Source: an uncultured Pseudomonadota bacterium
GTDB lineage: Bacteria; Pseudomonadota; Alphaproteobacteria; Acetobacterales; Acetobacteraceae
DNA: 64,000 nt
Direction of reading: 5' to 3'
Assembly: GCA_963708245.1 (NCBI GenBank)
Contig: OY970201.1
Location: 3,887,557 to 3,951,556, forward strand
The notes under the pieces are model-generated. The model had not been told where the DNA came from. It saw nothing but the letters and a program-made list of their open reading frames with translations, and made no database searches. A program made the translations under genes and the position numbers. Numbering within the stretch: position 1 is the stretch's first letter; each line of letters starts with the position of its first letter. Shown here one piece after another: positions 38,465 to 48,558 of the stretch.

Positions 38465-39754
38465 GTGGACCAGGACACCATCTTCACAGTCGCCTCCGGG
38501 GCCGGGCGTGCCGCTATCGCGGTGATGCGGATCAGCGGCCCGGACAGCCGACGCCTCCTCGCCGGCCTGTGCCGGTCGGTACCGCCGCCGCGCCACACCG
38601 CGCTGCGTCGCCTGCGCGACGTCGCCGGGATGGAGCTCGACCGCGCCATTGTGCTCTGGCTGCCCGGCCCGGGCACCTACACCGGAGAGGATTCGGCCGA
38701 ACTCCACCTCCACGGCGGCCGCGCGGTGCTAGACGGCGTTGCCGAATCACTGGTGGCACTCGGCGCCCGCCCGGCCCAGCCCGGCGAGTTCACCCGCCGC
38801 GCCTTCCTCAACGGCCGCATGGACCTGCTCGAGGCCGAGGCGGTCGGCGACTTGGTTGCCGCCGAAACCGCGGCGCAGCGCCGCCAGGCCCTGCGCCAGC
38901 TCGAGGGCGAGCTGGGCGCGCTCTATCGCGGCTGGGCCGACCGGCTGCTGAAGCTGATGGCCCAGCAGGAGGCGCTGATCGACTTCCCCGACGAGGATCT
39001 GCCACCCAACGTCGAAGCGGCTGTCGTCGCCGAGATCGCGGCACTGCGCAGCGAGATGACCGTCCATCTCGCCGACCGGCGGCGCGGCGAGCGTCTGCGC
39101 GAAGGCCTTGTCTTCGCCGTCACCGGCCCGCCCAATGTCGGCAAGTCGTCGCTCGTCAATGCACTGGCTGAACGGGATGTCGCGATCGTCTCAGCCACCC
39201 CAGGCACCACGCGCGATGCGCTGGAGACGCGGGTTGTGCTCGGTGGCGTTCCGGTCACTCTGGTCGATACGGCCGGGCTGCGGGACGCGGCAGACGAGAT
39301 CGAGGCGGAAGGCGTCCGCCGCGCACTGGCCCGGGCCGCCGAAGCGGACCTGATCATCTCGGTCTTCGAGGCCGGGGTCAGCACCACGCCGACGCGTGAC
39401 GACAACGCAGTTCGCGTCGCCAACAAGATCGATCTCGGCGGCGCGGTGCCGGCGGGCGCGGTCGGCCTCAGCGCGCTGACCGGCGCCGGGTTGAACGTGC
39501 TGCGCGACCGCCTGGCCGAGGAGGCGCGTACTCTGACCGAAAGCGCCGGCCCGCCGCCGCTGACCCGAGCACGCCACCGGGCCGCGTTGCAGGAGGCATC
39601 GACGCGCTTGGCCGACGCGAAAGCAGCCGACCTGCCGGAGTTGCGCGCGGAGGATCTGCGGCTGGCGCTGCGCGCCCTCGGCCGCATCACTGGCGACGTG
39701 GGGGTAGAGGATATATTGGACGCGCTCTTCGCCCGGTTCTGTATCGGGAAGTAG
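38465..39754 (+). CDS. mnmE: tRNA uridine-5-carboxymethylaminomethyl modification GTPase MnmE
   Basis: 429 aa, GTG start. TIFTVASGAGRAAIAVMRISG, GPPNVGKSSLVNAL, C-terminal FCIGK. Confidence 0.9.
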   Translation: MDQDTIFTVASGAGRAAIAVMRISGPDSRRLLAGLCRSVPPPRHTALRRLRDVAGMELDRAIVLWLPGPGTYTGEDSAELHLHGGRAVLDGVAESLVALGARPAQPGEFTRRAFLNGRMDLLEAEAVGDLVAAETAAQRRQALRQLEGELGALYRGWADRLLKLMAQQEALIDFPDEDLPPNVEAAVVAEIAALRSEMTVHLADRRRGERLREGLVFAVTGPPNVGKSSLVNALAERDVAIVSATPGTTRDALETRVVLGGVPVTLVDTAGLRDAADEIEAEGVRRALARAAEADLIISVFEAGVSTTPTRDDNAVRVANKIDLGGAVPAGAVGLSALTGAGLNVLRDRLAEEARTLTESAGPPPLTRARHRAALQEASTRLADAKAADLPELRAEDLRLALRALGRITGDVGVEDILDALFARFCIGK

Positions 39755-39769
39755 TTCCTGCCGCCGGGG

Positions 39770-40558
39770 TCATTGGGTGTCGCCCGGCACCCTCGCCGCC
39801 TGCGCGACCGCGCAGGAATGGTCTTGGAGCTCTTCGGCCTCTCCGCGGTTGCCCGTGGCTAGGTCCGCTCGACCAGCAAGAAGATAAAAGCCAGGTTCGC
39901 CGCCGCTGAACGTGGCACCGACCGCGATAAGTGTCTCGTCGCCCATATCGCCTCGGGCACCCGGCAGCCGATCCGCCAGAAGTTGGAAGGGGGTGGCACC
40001 CGGCTGGGCCAGCGTCTCGACGCGCATGGCCTGGTAAGGATGACCGGACAGAGGGACTGGCAGCGGTGCCCAGGCGTCGCCGATCTCGGCGGCATGCTGG
40101 CGCAGCGCGTCGCGGACATCTACGCGTATGCAGTCGATGTGGATATGGAGTTGGTTCTGCGAGCGTCCGTGGATCGAGTTGATCGCCAGTGACAAGTCCT
40201 CCCGCGGCAAGGCGCGGTTCGCTGCGGCTTGCACCAGGTTGGTGGCGTCCCATGCGGGCTGCCAGTAATTCGGTGCGTTAGGCGCCAGGATTGCCGGATC
40301 CTCGATACCGGTGACGCGGGCGGTCGGGATCAGCAGGAACTGCGTGGCGCCCTTGATGTCCTTGAGGATGGCGTAGCCGCCTTCGCGATTGACGGCGGCG
40401 CAGGGAAGCGGGACTCCAAATTGCGCCTCGTGTGGGACACACTGCCCATGGGCGATCCGCCAGAGCACATTCGGGTCCGACGCTTGGAGTCTCGCCGGAC
40501 CAGCGACAAGGCATGTGGCCACCGCCGTCGCGGCAAGCCAATTGCGGCGTGTGAACAT
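39770..40558 (-). CDS. cdh: CDP-diacylglycerol diphosphatase (Cdh family)
   Basis: Start taken at MFTRRNWLAATAVATCLVAG (signal/anchor). LWRIAHGQCVPH, LAINSIHGRSQNQLHIHIDCIR, AEELQDHSC match E. coli Cdh blocks. Confidence 0.75.
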   Translation of the reverse strand: MFTRRNWLAATAVATCLVAGPARLQASDPNVLWRIAHGQCVPHEAQFGVPLPCAAVNREGGYAILKDIKGATQFLLIPTARVTGIEDPAILAPNAPNYWQPAWDATNLVQAAANRALPREDLSLAINSIHGRSQNQLHIHIDCIRVDVRDALRQHAAEIGDAWAPLPVPLSGHPYQAMRVETLAQPGATPFQLLADRLPGARGDMGDETLIAVGATFSGGEPGFYLLAGRADLATGNRGEAEELQDHSCAVAQAARVPGDTQ

Positions 40559-40632
40559 AGGCCGGACTCTACAACATCGGGCGGTGTTCGCGCGGTGTGG
40601 TAAATTCGTCACGGCGACGAGACGGAAAGGTG

Positions 40633-42477
40633 ATGCGACAGGACTTCGACGTGGTGGTTGTCGGCGGCGGGCATGCCGGTTGCGAGGCGGCAGCTGCCGC
40701 GGCGCGGATGGGTGCGCGCACGCTGCTACTGACACACCGGCTGGACACGATCGGGGAGATGTCCTGCAACCCCTCGATCGGTGGTATCGGCAAGGGTCAC
40801 TTGGTCCGCGAGATCGACGCGCTCGACGGGCTGATGGGCCGGGCGGCTGACATGGCCGGCATCCATTTCAAGCTGCTGAACCGCAGCCGAGGCCCCGCCG
40901 TGCGTGGCCCCCGTGCGCAGGCCGACCGCCGCCTCTACCGGCAGGCGGTCCGCCGTCTTCTGGCCGATACCGATGGGCTGGAACTGCACGCGGCGGCGGT
41001 GGAGGACCTCGACATCGGACCTGACGGGCGGTTGCAGGCAGTCGTCTGCGCCGATGGCCGCCGGATCTCCTGCGCGGCGGCGGTGCTGACCACCGGCACC
41101 TTCCTGCGCGGCATGATCCATATCGGCGAACGCCAAACTCCCGCCGGGCGTGTCGGGGAGGCACCTGCAGTCGGGCTGGCACACACGCTAGGTCGGCTTA
41201 ACTTGCCCCTGGGCCGCCTGAAGACCGGCACCCCTCCCCGGCTGGATCGCCGGACAATCGACTGGGATGGCCTCGCCCCCGATCCCGGCGATGCCGAGCC
41301 CGAGCCCTTCAGCTCTATGACCGTGCGGATCGACAACCCGCAGATCGCCTGCCGACTCACCGCGACCACGGCCGCCACACACGTGGTCATCCGCGCCAAT
41401 CTGCATCGCTCGGCGGTGTATGGTGGACAGATCGCCGGGCGCGGCCCGCGATATTGCCCCTCGATCGAAGACAAGGTGGTGCGGTTCGCCACACGCGAGC
41501 GGCACACGATCTTCCTGGAACCGGAGGGGCTGGATGATGACACCATCTACCCCAACGGCATCTCGACCAGCCTACCGGAGGAGGTCCAGCGCGAGTTGCT
41601 GTCCACGATCCCTGGGCTTGAGAGGGCACAGATGATCCGGCCCGGCTATGCGGTGGAATACGACTACGTTGACCCGCTGGCGTTGCGGCCGTCGTTGGAA
41701 GTCCGGGCTTTGCCGGGCCTGTTCCTGGCGGGGCAGATCAACGGGACCACTGGCTATGAAGAAGCCGCTGCCCAGGGGCTGATTGCCGGGGTCAACGCGG
41801 CCCGCCTCGCTGGCGGCGGTGCTCCGGTCGGGCTTGACCGCTCCGAGGCTTACATTGGCGTTCTGATCGATGACCTGACCACGACGGGCGTAAGCGAGCC
41901 GTATCGGATGTTCACCTCGCGCGCAGAGTTCCGACTGACCTTGCGGGCCGATAATGCGGATTTGCGCCTGACTCGGACGGGGATCGCCTGGGGCTGCGTG
42001 CGGGCGGAGCGGGCGGCGTCGTTCGCGCAATACGAAGCGGAGGTGACGGCGGCACTGGCGCGCGCTCAGCAGGACTGCACGACGGTACGCAGCCAGTCGG
42101 ACGGACGGCGCCGCACTGTCATGGAGCAGCTGGCGCTGGATGACATGACGCAACTTAGTTCGGCGTCGGTGTTCTCCTGGCTTGGTGAGCTTTCACCACG
42201 GGTCTTCAATCAGGTTCAGACGCAGGGACGGTACGCCGGGTACTTGCGCCGGCAGGACGCGGATATCCGCGGCTTCCGGCGACAGGAGTCGGTATCGCTC
42301 GACCAGGTGGCGTTCGAGGCGATCGGGGGCCTGTCCGCCGAATTGCGGGAGACGCTGATCCGGCATCGGCCAGCCTCTCTGGGCGCGGCCGCACGCCTGC
42401 AAGGGATGACGCCGGCCGCGCTGGCGGCGGTTGCCGCGCACGTTCGCCGTCAAGGCCGGGTCCGGGAGCCCGTGTGA
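40633..42477 (+). CDS. mnmG: tRNA uridine 5-carboxymethylaminomethyl modification enzyme MnmG (GidA)
   Basis: Start [20 protein letters not shown] (ATG 40633). [30 protein letters not shown]. Confidence 0.9.
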   Translation: MRQDFDVVVVGGGHAGCEAAAAAARMGARTLLLTHRLDTIGEMSCNPSIGGIGKGHLVREIDALDGLMGRAADMAGIHFKLLNRSRGPAVRGPRAQADRRLYRQAVRRLLADTDGLELHAAAVEDLDIGPDGRLQAVVCADGRRISCAAAVLTTGTFLRGMIHIGERQTPAGRVGEAPAVGLAHTLGRLNLPLGRLKTGTPPRLDRRTIDWDGLAPDPGDAEPEPFSSMTVRIDNPQIACRLTATTAATHVVIRANLHRSAVYGGQIAGRGPRYCPSIEDKVVRFATRERHTIFLEPEGLDDDTIYPNGISTSLPEEVQRELLSTIPGLERAQMIRPGYAVEYDYVDPLALRPSLEVRALPGLFLAGQINGTTGYEEAAAQGLIAGVNAARLAGGGAPVGLDRSEAYIGVLIDDLTTTGVSEPYRMFTSRAEFRLTLRADNADLRLTRTGIAWGCVRAERAASFAQYEAEVTAALARAQQDCTTVRSQSDGRRRTVMEQLALDDMTQLSSASVFSWLGELSPRVFNQVQTQGRYAGYLRRQDADIRGFRRQESVSLDQVAFEAIGGLSAELRETLIRHRPASLGAAARLQGMTPAALAAVAAHVRRQGRVREPV

Positions 42478-43079
42478 GCGATTGTTCGACATCGAAGCAG
42501 GTTTCACGTGAAACGCGGTTCGACTCCTTCATTGAGCTGCTGCTGCGATGGAATCGGCGGATCAACCTGATCTCGCGGGCGGATGAGGCGTTCATTCGCC
42601 AACGGCACATCGACAACTCGACCCAGCTCGCGGGCCTAATCCCGCCGAACGCGGAACGGGCCGTTGATCTCGGCTCCGGCGCGGGATTTCCGGGGCTGAT
42701 CCTAGCGGCGTTGACCAACATTCCGTTTGACCTGATCGAGGCCGATCAGCGCAAAGCCGCGTTCCTGAGTGAGGCAGGCCGACTTCTCAATGCGCCGATT
42801 CGGGTACACTGCACCCGCATCGAGGCGGTGCGCCTGCCTCCTGCGGGCCTGATCACCGCTCGCGCCCTGGCTCCGCTGCCGCATCTACTCACGCTGGCAG
42901 CGCCCCTGCTGGCGCCAGGGGGGATATGCCTGTTCCCCAAGGGCGGCGGTGTCGAATCCGAATTGACGCTGGCCGCCGCGCAGTGGCACATGCGCGTAGA
43001 TCGCATCCCGAGTCGCACCGGCCCAGGATCCATCATCCTCCGCATCACCGAGCTCCAGCGTGCCCCAACCCCTGCCTGA
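42474..43079 (+). CDS. rsmG: 16S rRNA (guanine527-N7)-methyltransferase RsmG (GidB)
   Basis: 201 aa. [24 protein letters not shown]. Confidence 0.85.
   Translation: MSDCSTSKQVSRETRFDSFIELLLRWNRRINLISRADEAFIRQRHIDNSTQLAGLIPPNAERAVDLGSGAGFPGLILAALTNIPFDLIEADQRKAAFLSEAGRLLNAPIRVHCTRIEAVRLPPAGLITARALAPLPHLLTLAAPLLAPGGICLFPKGGGVESELTLAAAQWHMRVDRIPSRTGPGSIILRITELQRAPTPA
42501..42514. promoter_or_regulatory. parS: parS-like centromere site
   Basis: gGTTTCACGTGAAACg is a perfect 14-bp palindrome matching 14/16 of the TGTTNCACGTGAAACA consensus. It lies at the 5' end of rsmG, just upstream of parAB. Confidence 0.6.
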
Positions 43080-43899
43080 CGCCCCTACCCCGCCCGTCAG
43101 GCCATCGCGGATCCTCGCTGTAGCCAACCAGAAGGGCGGTGTCGGCAAAACCACCACCGCGGTCAACCTCGCCACTGCCCTGGCCGCCGCCGGCGAGTCC
43201 GTGCTGCTGATCGACCTCGACCCGCAGGGAAACGCCTCGACCGGCCTCGGCATCGCGCGCGAGGACCGCACGCTCGGCGCCTATTGCGTGCTGATCTTGC
43301 ACGCGCCGCTTGCAGACGCCGAACGGCCGAGCGGCATTCCCAATCTCAGCGTGATCCCGGCAGAGCCCGATCTGGTCGGTGCCGAGATCGAGCTGGTCGC
43401 GCTTGATCGCCGCGAATATCGTCTGCGAGATGCCCTCGCGGCGTACCGGAACGGAGAGGTACGGCACAGCTTCGTGCTGATCGACTGCCCGCCCAGCCTG
43501 GGCCTGCTGACGGTCAACGCGCTGGTTGCCGCCGACGCCGTCCTAGTGCCGTTACAATGCGAGTTCTATGCGCTGGAAGGGATCAGCGGGCTCATCCGCA
43601 CTATCGACGGCGTCCGCCGCGGCTTCAACCCCGCCCTCCGACTACAAGGAATTGTACTGACCATGTTCGACAAGCGGAACAGCCTGTCCGACCTCGTGGC
43701 CACTGATGCGCGCGGCTTCTTCGGGGGCGCCGTCTATGAGACCGTCATCCCCCGCAACATCCGCGTTACCGAGGCGCCCAGCCACGGCAAGCCGGTGTTG
43801 CTCTACGATTTCCGCTCCCCGGGCGCGCAGGCCTATATCCGCCTTGCCGGTGAGTTGCTGCGGCGCGAACGCCCCGCTCCGGCCGAGTCCACGTCATGA
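43060..43899 (+). CDS. parA: chromosome partitioning ATPase ParA
   Basis: ILAVANQKGGVGKTTTAVNLA deviant Walker A. 279 aa, GTG start. Confidence 0.9.
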   Translation: MPQPLPDAPTPPVRPSRILAVANQKGGVGKTTTAVNLATALAAAGESVLLIDLDPQGNASTGLGIAREDRTLGAYCVLILHAPLADAERPSGIPNLSVIPAEPDLVGAEIELVALDRREYRLRDALAAYRNGEVRHSFVLIDCPPSLGLLTVNALVAADAVLVPLQCEFYALEGISGLIRTIDGVRRGFNPALRLQGIVLTMFDKRNSLSDLVATDARGFFGGAVYETVIPRNIRVTEAPSHGKPVLLYDFRSPGAQAYIRLAGELLRRERPAPAESTS

Positions 43900-44750
43900 G
43901 CCTCCAGGCCAGCCCCCGGCTCGGTCGCGGCCTCGCCGCGCTGCTTGGCGACGCGGCCCTCCCCGCCGAGTTGGGTAGCGCCGGCATCCGCCAGATCCCG
44001 CTCGACCTGCTGGACCCGGGCCCGTTCCAGCCGCGCGGGGCAATGGACCAGACGGCGCTTGCCGAGCTTGCCGACTCCATCCGCGCCCGCGGCATCCTTC
44101 AGCCGCTGCTCGTGCGACCGCACCCCGCCGCCGAGGGCCGGTTCCAGATCATCGCCGGTGAGCGGCGATGGCGGGCCGCCGCGCTGGCCGGCCTGCACGA
44201 GGCGCCGGCATTGGTGCGACGGCTTGCCGACAACGAAGCGATGGCGGCCGCGCTGGTGGAAAACCTCCAGCGCCAGGACCTGAACCAGATTGAGGAGGCG
44301 GAAGGCTACAACCGCCTGCTCGAAGAATTTGGCATGCCGCTGGCGAGCTTGTCGGAGGCTGTGGGGAAGTCGCGCCCGCATGTCAGCAACGTGCTGCGGC
44401 TGCTGAACCTGCCGCGGCCGGTGCAGGACGCCGTGCGATCCGGGGCCATATCGGCCGGACATGCCCGCGCCTTGCTTGCTCATTCGGACCCAGAGGCCGC
44501 GCTGGCGGCGGTGCTGCTGCGCCGCTTGTCGGTGCGGCAGACCGAAGCGTTGGCGACGTCCAAACCGCGCCCCGAGCCTACGCCGACGGAGAAGGACCCG
44601 AATGTCGATGCTCTGGAGAGCGATCTCTCCTCAAGACTAGGGCTGCGAGTCGAGATATCGCCAGCTGGGACAGCCGGCACTGTCCGCATCCACTATCGGG
44701 ATCTGGATCAACTCGAATTTCTTGCCGCCCGGTTGCGGGCGGTCCACTGA
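43896..44750 (+). CDS. parB: chromosome partitioning protein ParB
   Basis: 284 aa. QPRG...L.ELADSIRARGILQPLLVR, IIAGERRWRAA, HTH SEAVGKSRPHVSNVLRLL. Confidence 0.9.
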   Translation: MSLQASPRLGRGLAALLGDAALPAELGSAGIRQIPLDLLDPGPFQPRGAMDQTALAELADSIRARGILQPLLVRPHPAAEGRFQIIAGERRWRAAALAGLHEAPALVRRLADNEAMAAALVENLQRQDLNQIEEAEGYNRLLEEFGMPLASLSEAVGKSRPHVSNVLRLLNLPRPVQDAVRSGAISAGHARALLAHSDPEAALAAVLLRRLSVRQTEALATSKPRPEPTPTEKDPNVDALESDLSSRLGLRVEISPAGTAGTVRIHYRDLDQLEFLAARLRAVH

Positions 44751-44798
44751 TAGACTGGGCGGTAGGCCGATACAAGTTTCGTTGGATACATCAGTAAT

Positions 44799-46460
44799 CC
44801 TAAATCCGGCAGTTGGGTCCGATCGTCGCCGGTCTGAAGTGACGACCCACAACCTGGGGTAATTGCTCAGGCCGGGCTCAGGCGAAGCGGTGGCTGCAGT
44901 TGCCGGCCATGCAAGAAGTAGCGGAGCGCTTCACTGAGGATGCGATACCAGCGTTGCAGCGGATCCAACTGCTCCGCACTTTTTCGCAGCCGGTCAAGAA
45001 AGCCGGCGATGCGCAGGTAAGCTTGCCTCGCCTTGTCGCGCGCGCCATGCGCGCTGCTGATCGTCAGCCTCACCTGGCCGGCGTGTTGGGTGCGCTGCGC
45101 GATCGCCGACAGCAGCAAGGGTCGGGTGGTGATCGCCTCCCGATGGTGCTCCGGATCAGCCAGCCGGACGAACAGGCTCCACCAGTTGTAGATCAGTGCA
45201 ACGATACCGGCCAGCAGCCGACACCGCGTGAGGTCCTGTGTCGTGAAACCGCCCCAACCCCATTGGTTCTTCAGCTCGTCAAAAACGTTCTCGCAATCCG
45301 CCCGATCGCGATACAACTGCCCCAGCGTCAGGATTTCATCGTCCATTGAGGTGACCAGCGCAGCGTAGTCCCACGCCTCCTGATCGGGGCCCACCTCGAC
45401 GAAGCCAAGTCGCCGCTGAGCCGGATCGCCATGATCGACGGCCGGCGGACCAGCCAGTTGGCGGCGCAGCAGAATGACTCTCCGCTGCCGGCTCCAGCCC
45501 TCCAGCCGCAGGCTCGTCTCCTTGCCCTGCCAGCCCTGGCCGGCATCCTTCCAGTCCGATGCCTGCATCGCCCGTTGCAGTGCCCGCGTGACGTTTTTCG
45601 TCATGCGCAGACGGAACAGATACGCCAGCTCCTCCCGCTCGGCCCGCGCCATCACCGGCTCGATGCCCCACGACTTGTCTCCGCGCAGCAGCCACGGCCG
45701 CTGCCCCGCTCCGAGATGATCCAGCAACTCCCACAAGCCGCCCGTCGCGTGTCTGACGTTGTGCTGATCGCCGGGCAATACCTCGACCCGTAGCACCAGC
45801 CGCAGGTTCGACAGCATGTAGCTGTGATAGCAGTGCGACGGCCGACCCGGCTTGTGCGGATTATAGCCCAGCTCGGCGCCTTCCTGGTGCCCATACAAAG
45901 GTTTGATGGTGGTATCGATGTCGAGCACCCACGGCTCGCCGAGCAGCGGAGCGGTGCAATAGTCCAGGTGGTTTTGCAGCCAGGCCGAGCCTTGCGCTTC
46001 GTCGATCTTCTCCAGCCCGCGGCGAACCGAGTCCTCGCTGACCACCTTGCGCATGCCGAGCAACGGCGGGTTCACCGGATCGCAGCGCAGCGCGGTCACA
46101 TGGGCATAGCGCCGGTGACCCGCCAGAACAGACAGCAGCACGGTGCCAAGCAGATCGCGTGTACGCGGTGCATTCGGGCTAGTGAACCGCAGCGGACAGT
46201 CGGCAACCCAATTGTCGAACAACCCGGCCTGCTTCAGGTAGTCGATGAAGAATGGCAGTTGGCCGAACGGCGTCACCGGTGCGGCGGCGTCCCACTCCAC
46301 GTGCACGCGCCCGGCGAAGGTATCGGCAATCGCCGAATGCGGCGCAACTTCCGGTTGCTCACCCGCGGGGTGAACCGCCAGACATCTCTGTTCTGTGCTC
46401 ATGCCGGCCAAATCTGCCGATTCAGCCGCGGCGCGCAATCACTCAACTGCCGGATTTAGG
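44799..46460 (-). mobile_element. complete IS1380-like (IS4-superfamily) insertion sequence, 1662 bp
   Basis: Terminal inverted repeats CCTAAATCCGGCAGTTG (44799-44815) and CAACTGCCGGATTTAGG (46444-46460), flanked by a 5-bp direct repeat GTAAT (44794-44798 and 46461-46465). A single transposase ORF fills the element. Confidence 0.8.
44867..46438 (-). CDS. DDE transposase of the IS1380-like element
   Basis: 523 aa. DIDTTIKPLYGHQEGAELGYNPHKPGRPSH, LLRGDKSWG. YREK signature in YRDRADCENVFDELK. Confidence 0.85.
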   Translation of the reverse strand: MRAAAESADLAGMSTEQRCLAVHPAGEQPEVAPHSAIADTFAGRVHVEWDAAAPVTPFGQLPFFIDYLKQAGLFDNWVADCPLRFTSPNAPRTRDLLGTVLLSVLAGHRRYAHVTALRCDPVNPPLLGMRKVVSEDSVRRGLEKIDEAQGSAWLQNHLDYCTAPLLGEPWVLDIDTTIKPLYGHQEGAELGYNPHKPGRPSHCYHSYMLSNLRLVLRVEVLPGDQHNVRHATGGLWELLDHLGAGQRPWLLRGDKSWGIEPVMARAEREELAYLFRLRMTKNVTRALQRAMQASDWKDAGQGWQGKETSLRLEGWSRQRRVILLRRQLAGPPAVDHGDPAQRRLGFVEVGPDQEAWDYAALVTSMDDEILTLGQLYRDRADCENVFDELKNQWGWGGFTTQDLTRCRLLAGIVALIYNWWSLFVRLADPEHHREAITTRPLLLSAIAQRTQHAGQVRLTISSAHGARDKARQAYLRIAGFLDRLRKSAEQLDPLQRWYRILSEALRYFLHGRQLQPPLRLSPA

Positions 46461-46483
46461 GTAATTGGTGCCGAGCCCTACAC

Positions 46484-46504
46484 CTCTCCCGCCCTGCGGG
46501 AGAG
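46484..46504. repeat. REP-like GC hairpin
   Basis: CTCTCCCG-ccctg-CGGGAGAG (8-bp stem), followed by GGGTGAGGGTG. It belongs to the CCTCCCGCAAGGGGAGG-type hairpin family also seen at 59689 and 61897. Confidence 0.4.
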
Positions 46505-46601
46505 TCGCCGCGTTGCCGCGCGGCGGGTGAGGGTGCCGGGCCGCGGCTGCGCCTTCGGCCCGAAATGACTTGTTGCCGCCCAGCAGCAGCGGGACCCCTA
46601 A

Positions 46602-47375
46602 CTAGGTGGCGTAATCCGGCTCCTCTTTATCAAGAACCCGGCGCCAGGCATCAAGGAACATGCGCGAATCATTGCGAGCCCCACGCGGGCCGGTGTAGCG
46701 CTGCCGATACTGATCCGGAATGTGACGCAGCTTCTTCCCGGTCATCTGCGCCGTCATCTGGTACATGCAGGTCCGCTCCGCGCTGTAAAGCTCGTCGAAG
46801 GCTTCCTCGACGGTGGGGCCTACCACGGTCACGCCATGCCCACCCATGACCATGATGGTCTTGTCGCCGAGCAGCGACGCAATTCTGTCGCCTTCCTCGT
46901 TGTCGTGCACCGGCTGACCGCCCCAGTTGTCCACAACCACCCGGTCATTGAGGAAAAGGTTGTTGCCATGTGCCAGCTCCAATTGCGGGTCCTCGAGCAT
47001 CGAAAGCGCCGTCAGGTATTGCGGGTGGACATGCAGCACGCAGGTGGCGCCAGGGTTCTTCAGGTGGATACGCGTGTGGATATGGAAGGCGACCTTCCGC
47101 AACTCGCCTTTGCCGCGCACCACCCGGCCATCGAGATCGCATACGATCAATGAAGTCGCGGTCAGTTCCTGGAACATGTAGCCGCGCGGGTTGATCAGGA
47201 ATAGTTGCGGCTCGCCCGGCCGACCAGGCGGCAGCATCAGCGAGTTGTGGTTGCCGATCTGCTCGTTCCAGCCAAGCCGGGCGGAGGCGCGGAACACGGC
47301 CGCCATATCGCAGCGCAAGCGCCATTCCTCTTGCTCGGCTTCCGTGTTGGTCAGGGCTTGGACGATCGCGGCCAT
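46602..47375 (-). CDS. class II aldolase/adducin family protein
   Basis: Start taken at MAAIVQALTNTEAEQEEW. HIHTRIH, VLHVHPQYLTALS, MVMGGHGVTVVGPTVEEAF. Confidence 0.8.
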   Translation of the reverse strand: MAAIVQALTNTEAEQEEWRLRCDMAAVFRASARLGWNEQIGNHNSLMLPPGRPGEPQLFLINPRGYMFQELTATSLIVCDLDGRVVRGKGELRKVAFHIHTRIHLKNPGATCVLHVHPQYLTALSMLEDPQLELAHGNNLFLNDRVVVDNWGGQPVHDNEEGDRIASLLGDKTIMVMGGHGVTVVGPTVEEAFDELYSAERTCMYQMTAQMTGKKLRHIPDQYRQRYTGPRGARNDSRMFLDAWRRVLDKEEPDYAT

Positions 47376-47622
47376 CTGTCTCTTCCACTTTCTGTGATAC
47401 GAGCCCGGGTGCGCAGCCATATAGACTGCGCTCCCGCTCTTTAGAGTTATACGGGTCCGAAGGCCGCGCGCCAAGGTTCGGCCACAGCGTTACGGCCGCC
47501 CGACGCCTCTTCAGCATCCTGCCGGACGACCGTACCACGCGCCAGACGGGCGACCGAATCCGGCAGGATCATCGCGCCGGGCTTGTGCGATTAGCGTCGC
47601 GAGGGGCAGCTACTTGCCGGAC

Positions 47623-48081
47623 TCATCCCGGTAAGCCCTCAGAGGCCAACGGAGGCAAGGTAGTCCCGGCTAGGTTCTGCGCGAGTCTCTGATGTCGCAC
47701 TTCCAGAGACAGGATCTCTATCCCATCCAAAAACGGTTGGACAAAGACTGTGCTTCGCTGACCCAAAGGAAATCCAAGTAAAGCAGCGATTTCCTTGGTC
47801 AATCTCAGTCGGCTATCCGAATAGAGAGAAAGCTCCCTGTAGCGGTCAGCGATAATGCTCAGTTGTTCAGCTGCGGCCAATTTGGGAAGTCCGCTGGCAA
47901 CACGTATGAGCTCGTCGATCATGGGTCGGACGACTAGGCCAGCGTAGATTCGGACCACACCGGCTTGGACAAGTTCGGCGGTGACCTTGGTTGTCTCTCG
48001 CTTCCACCATGAAAGGGTCCCCAGAATGGCTCTCCCGAGCTCGCCCAGTCCAGGAGCGAGATGGGCCGCGATCGTTACCAT
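47623..48081 (-). CDS. hypothetical protein, C-terminal AbrB/MraZ-like segment (possible regulator; start uncertain)
   Basis: 152-aa ORF in the low-GC island. SRLRLTKEIAALLGFPLGQRSTVFVQPFLDGIEILSLE resembles a swapped-hairpin repeat. The annotated start lies only 12 nt from the divergent ORF, so the internal Met (MIDELIRV) may be the real start. Confidence 0.35.
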   Translation of the reverse strand: MVTIAAHLAPGLGELGRAILGTLSWWKRETTKVTAELVQAGVVRIYAGLVVRPMIDELIRVASGLPKLAAAEQLSIIADRYRELSLYSDSRLRLTKEIAALLGFPLGQRSTVFVQPFLDGIEILSLEVRHQRLAQNLAGTTLPPLASEGLPG

Positions 48082-48093
48082 GGGAGGGTTATC

Positions 48094-48558
48094 ATGAGCG
48101 AGGTTACGGCGCTATCTGGAAACGGCCGCGACGGCGAAGGGCCAGACATTCAGACCTTTATGAAAGCGTTCGTCGCGGCCCTGATCGCTCGGGGGCAGAA
48201 CGCAGTGAGGCCTCGGGCACTCCCAGATCGCCGCGGCTTCCAGGAAGTAGTCGATCTGCTTGACAAAGAAGCGGAGCGGATCGAAGCCTCAGGTGAGGAC
48301 CACGAGGCGCTAAGGGCTATCGTAGCGGTCGCAAATCAGCTGCGGCCAAGCAACACAGGCGCGTACGACGGGTTCGAGACAGAGCTTCGGGCTCTGCAGC
48401 TAACGTTCACCCGCTGTCCCAATCTCTTCTACAAGGAGATCACCTTTACCGTGCCGGAGCCGTACGCCAGATCGGTGATCGCCGCCCTGCCGCCAAGATT
48501 CCGCCACTTGGCAGAGTACGCAGCAGAACGGTTCCTTGAGGCGCAGTCCAAAGGATAG
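48094..48558 (+). CDS. hypothetical protein (no recognisable family)
   Basis: ATG 48094 follows GGGAGGG. 154 aa. First gene of the island's + strand unit, 8 nt upstream of the HD gene. Confidence 0.4.
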   Translation: MSEVTALSGNGRDGEGPDIQTFMKAFVAALIARGQNAVRPRALPDRRGFQEVVDLLDKEAERIEASGEDHEALRAIVAVANQLRPSNTGAYDGFETELRALQLTFTRCPNLFYKEITFTVPEPYARSVIAALPPRFRHLAEYAAERFLEAQSKG

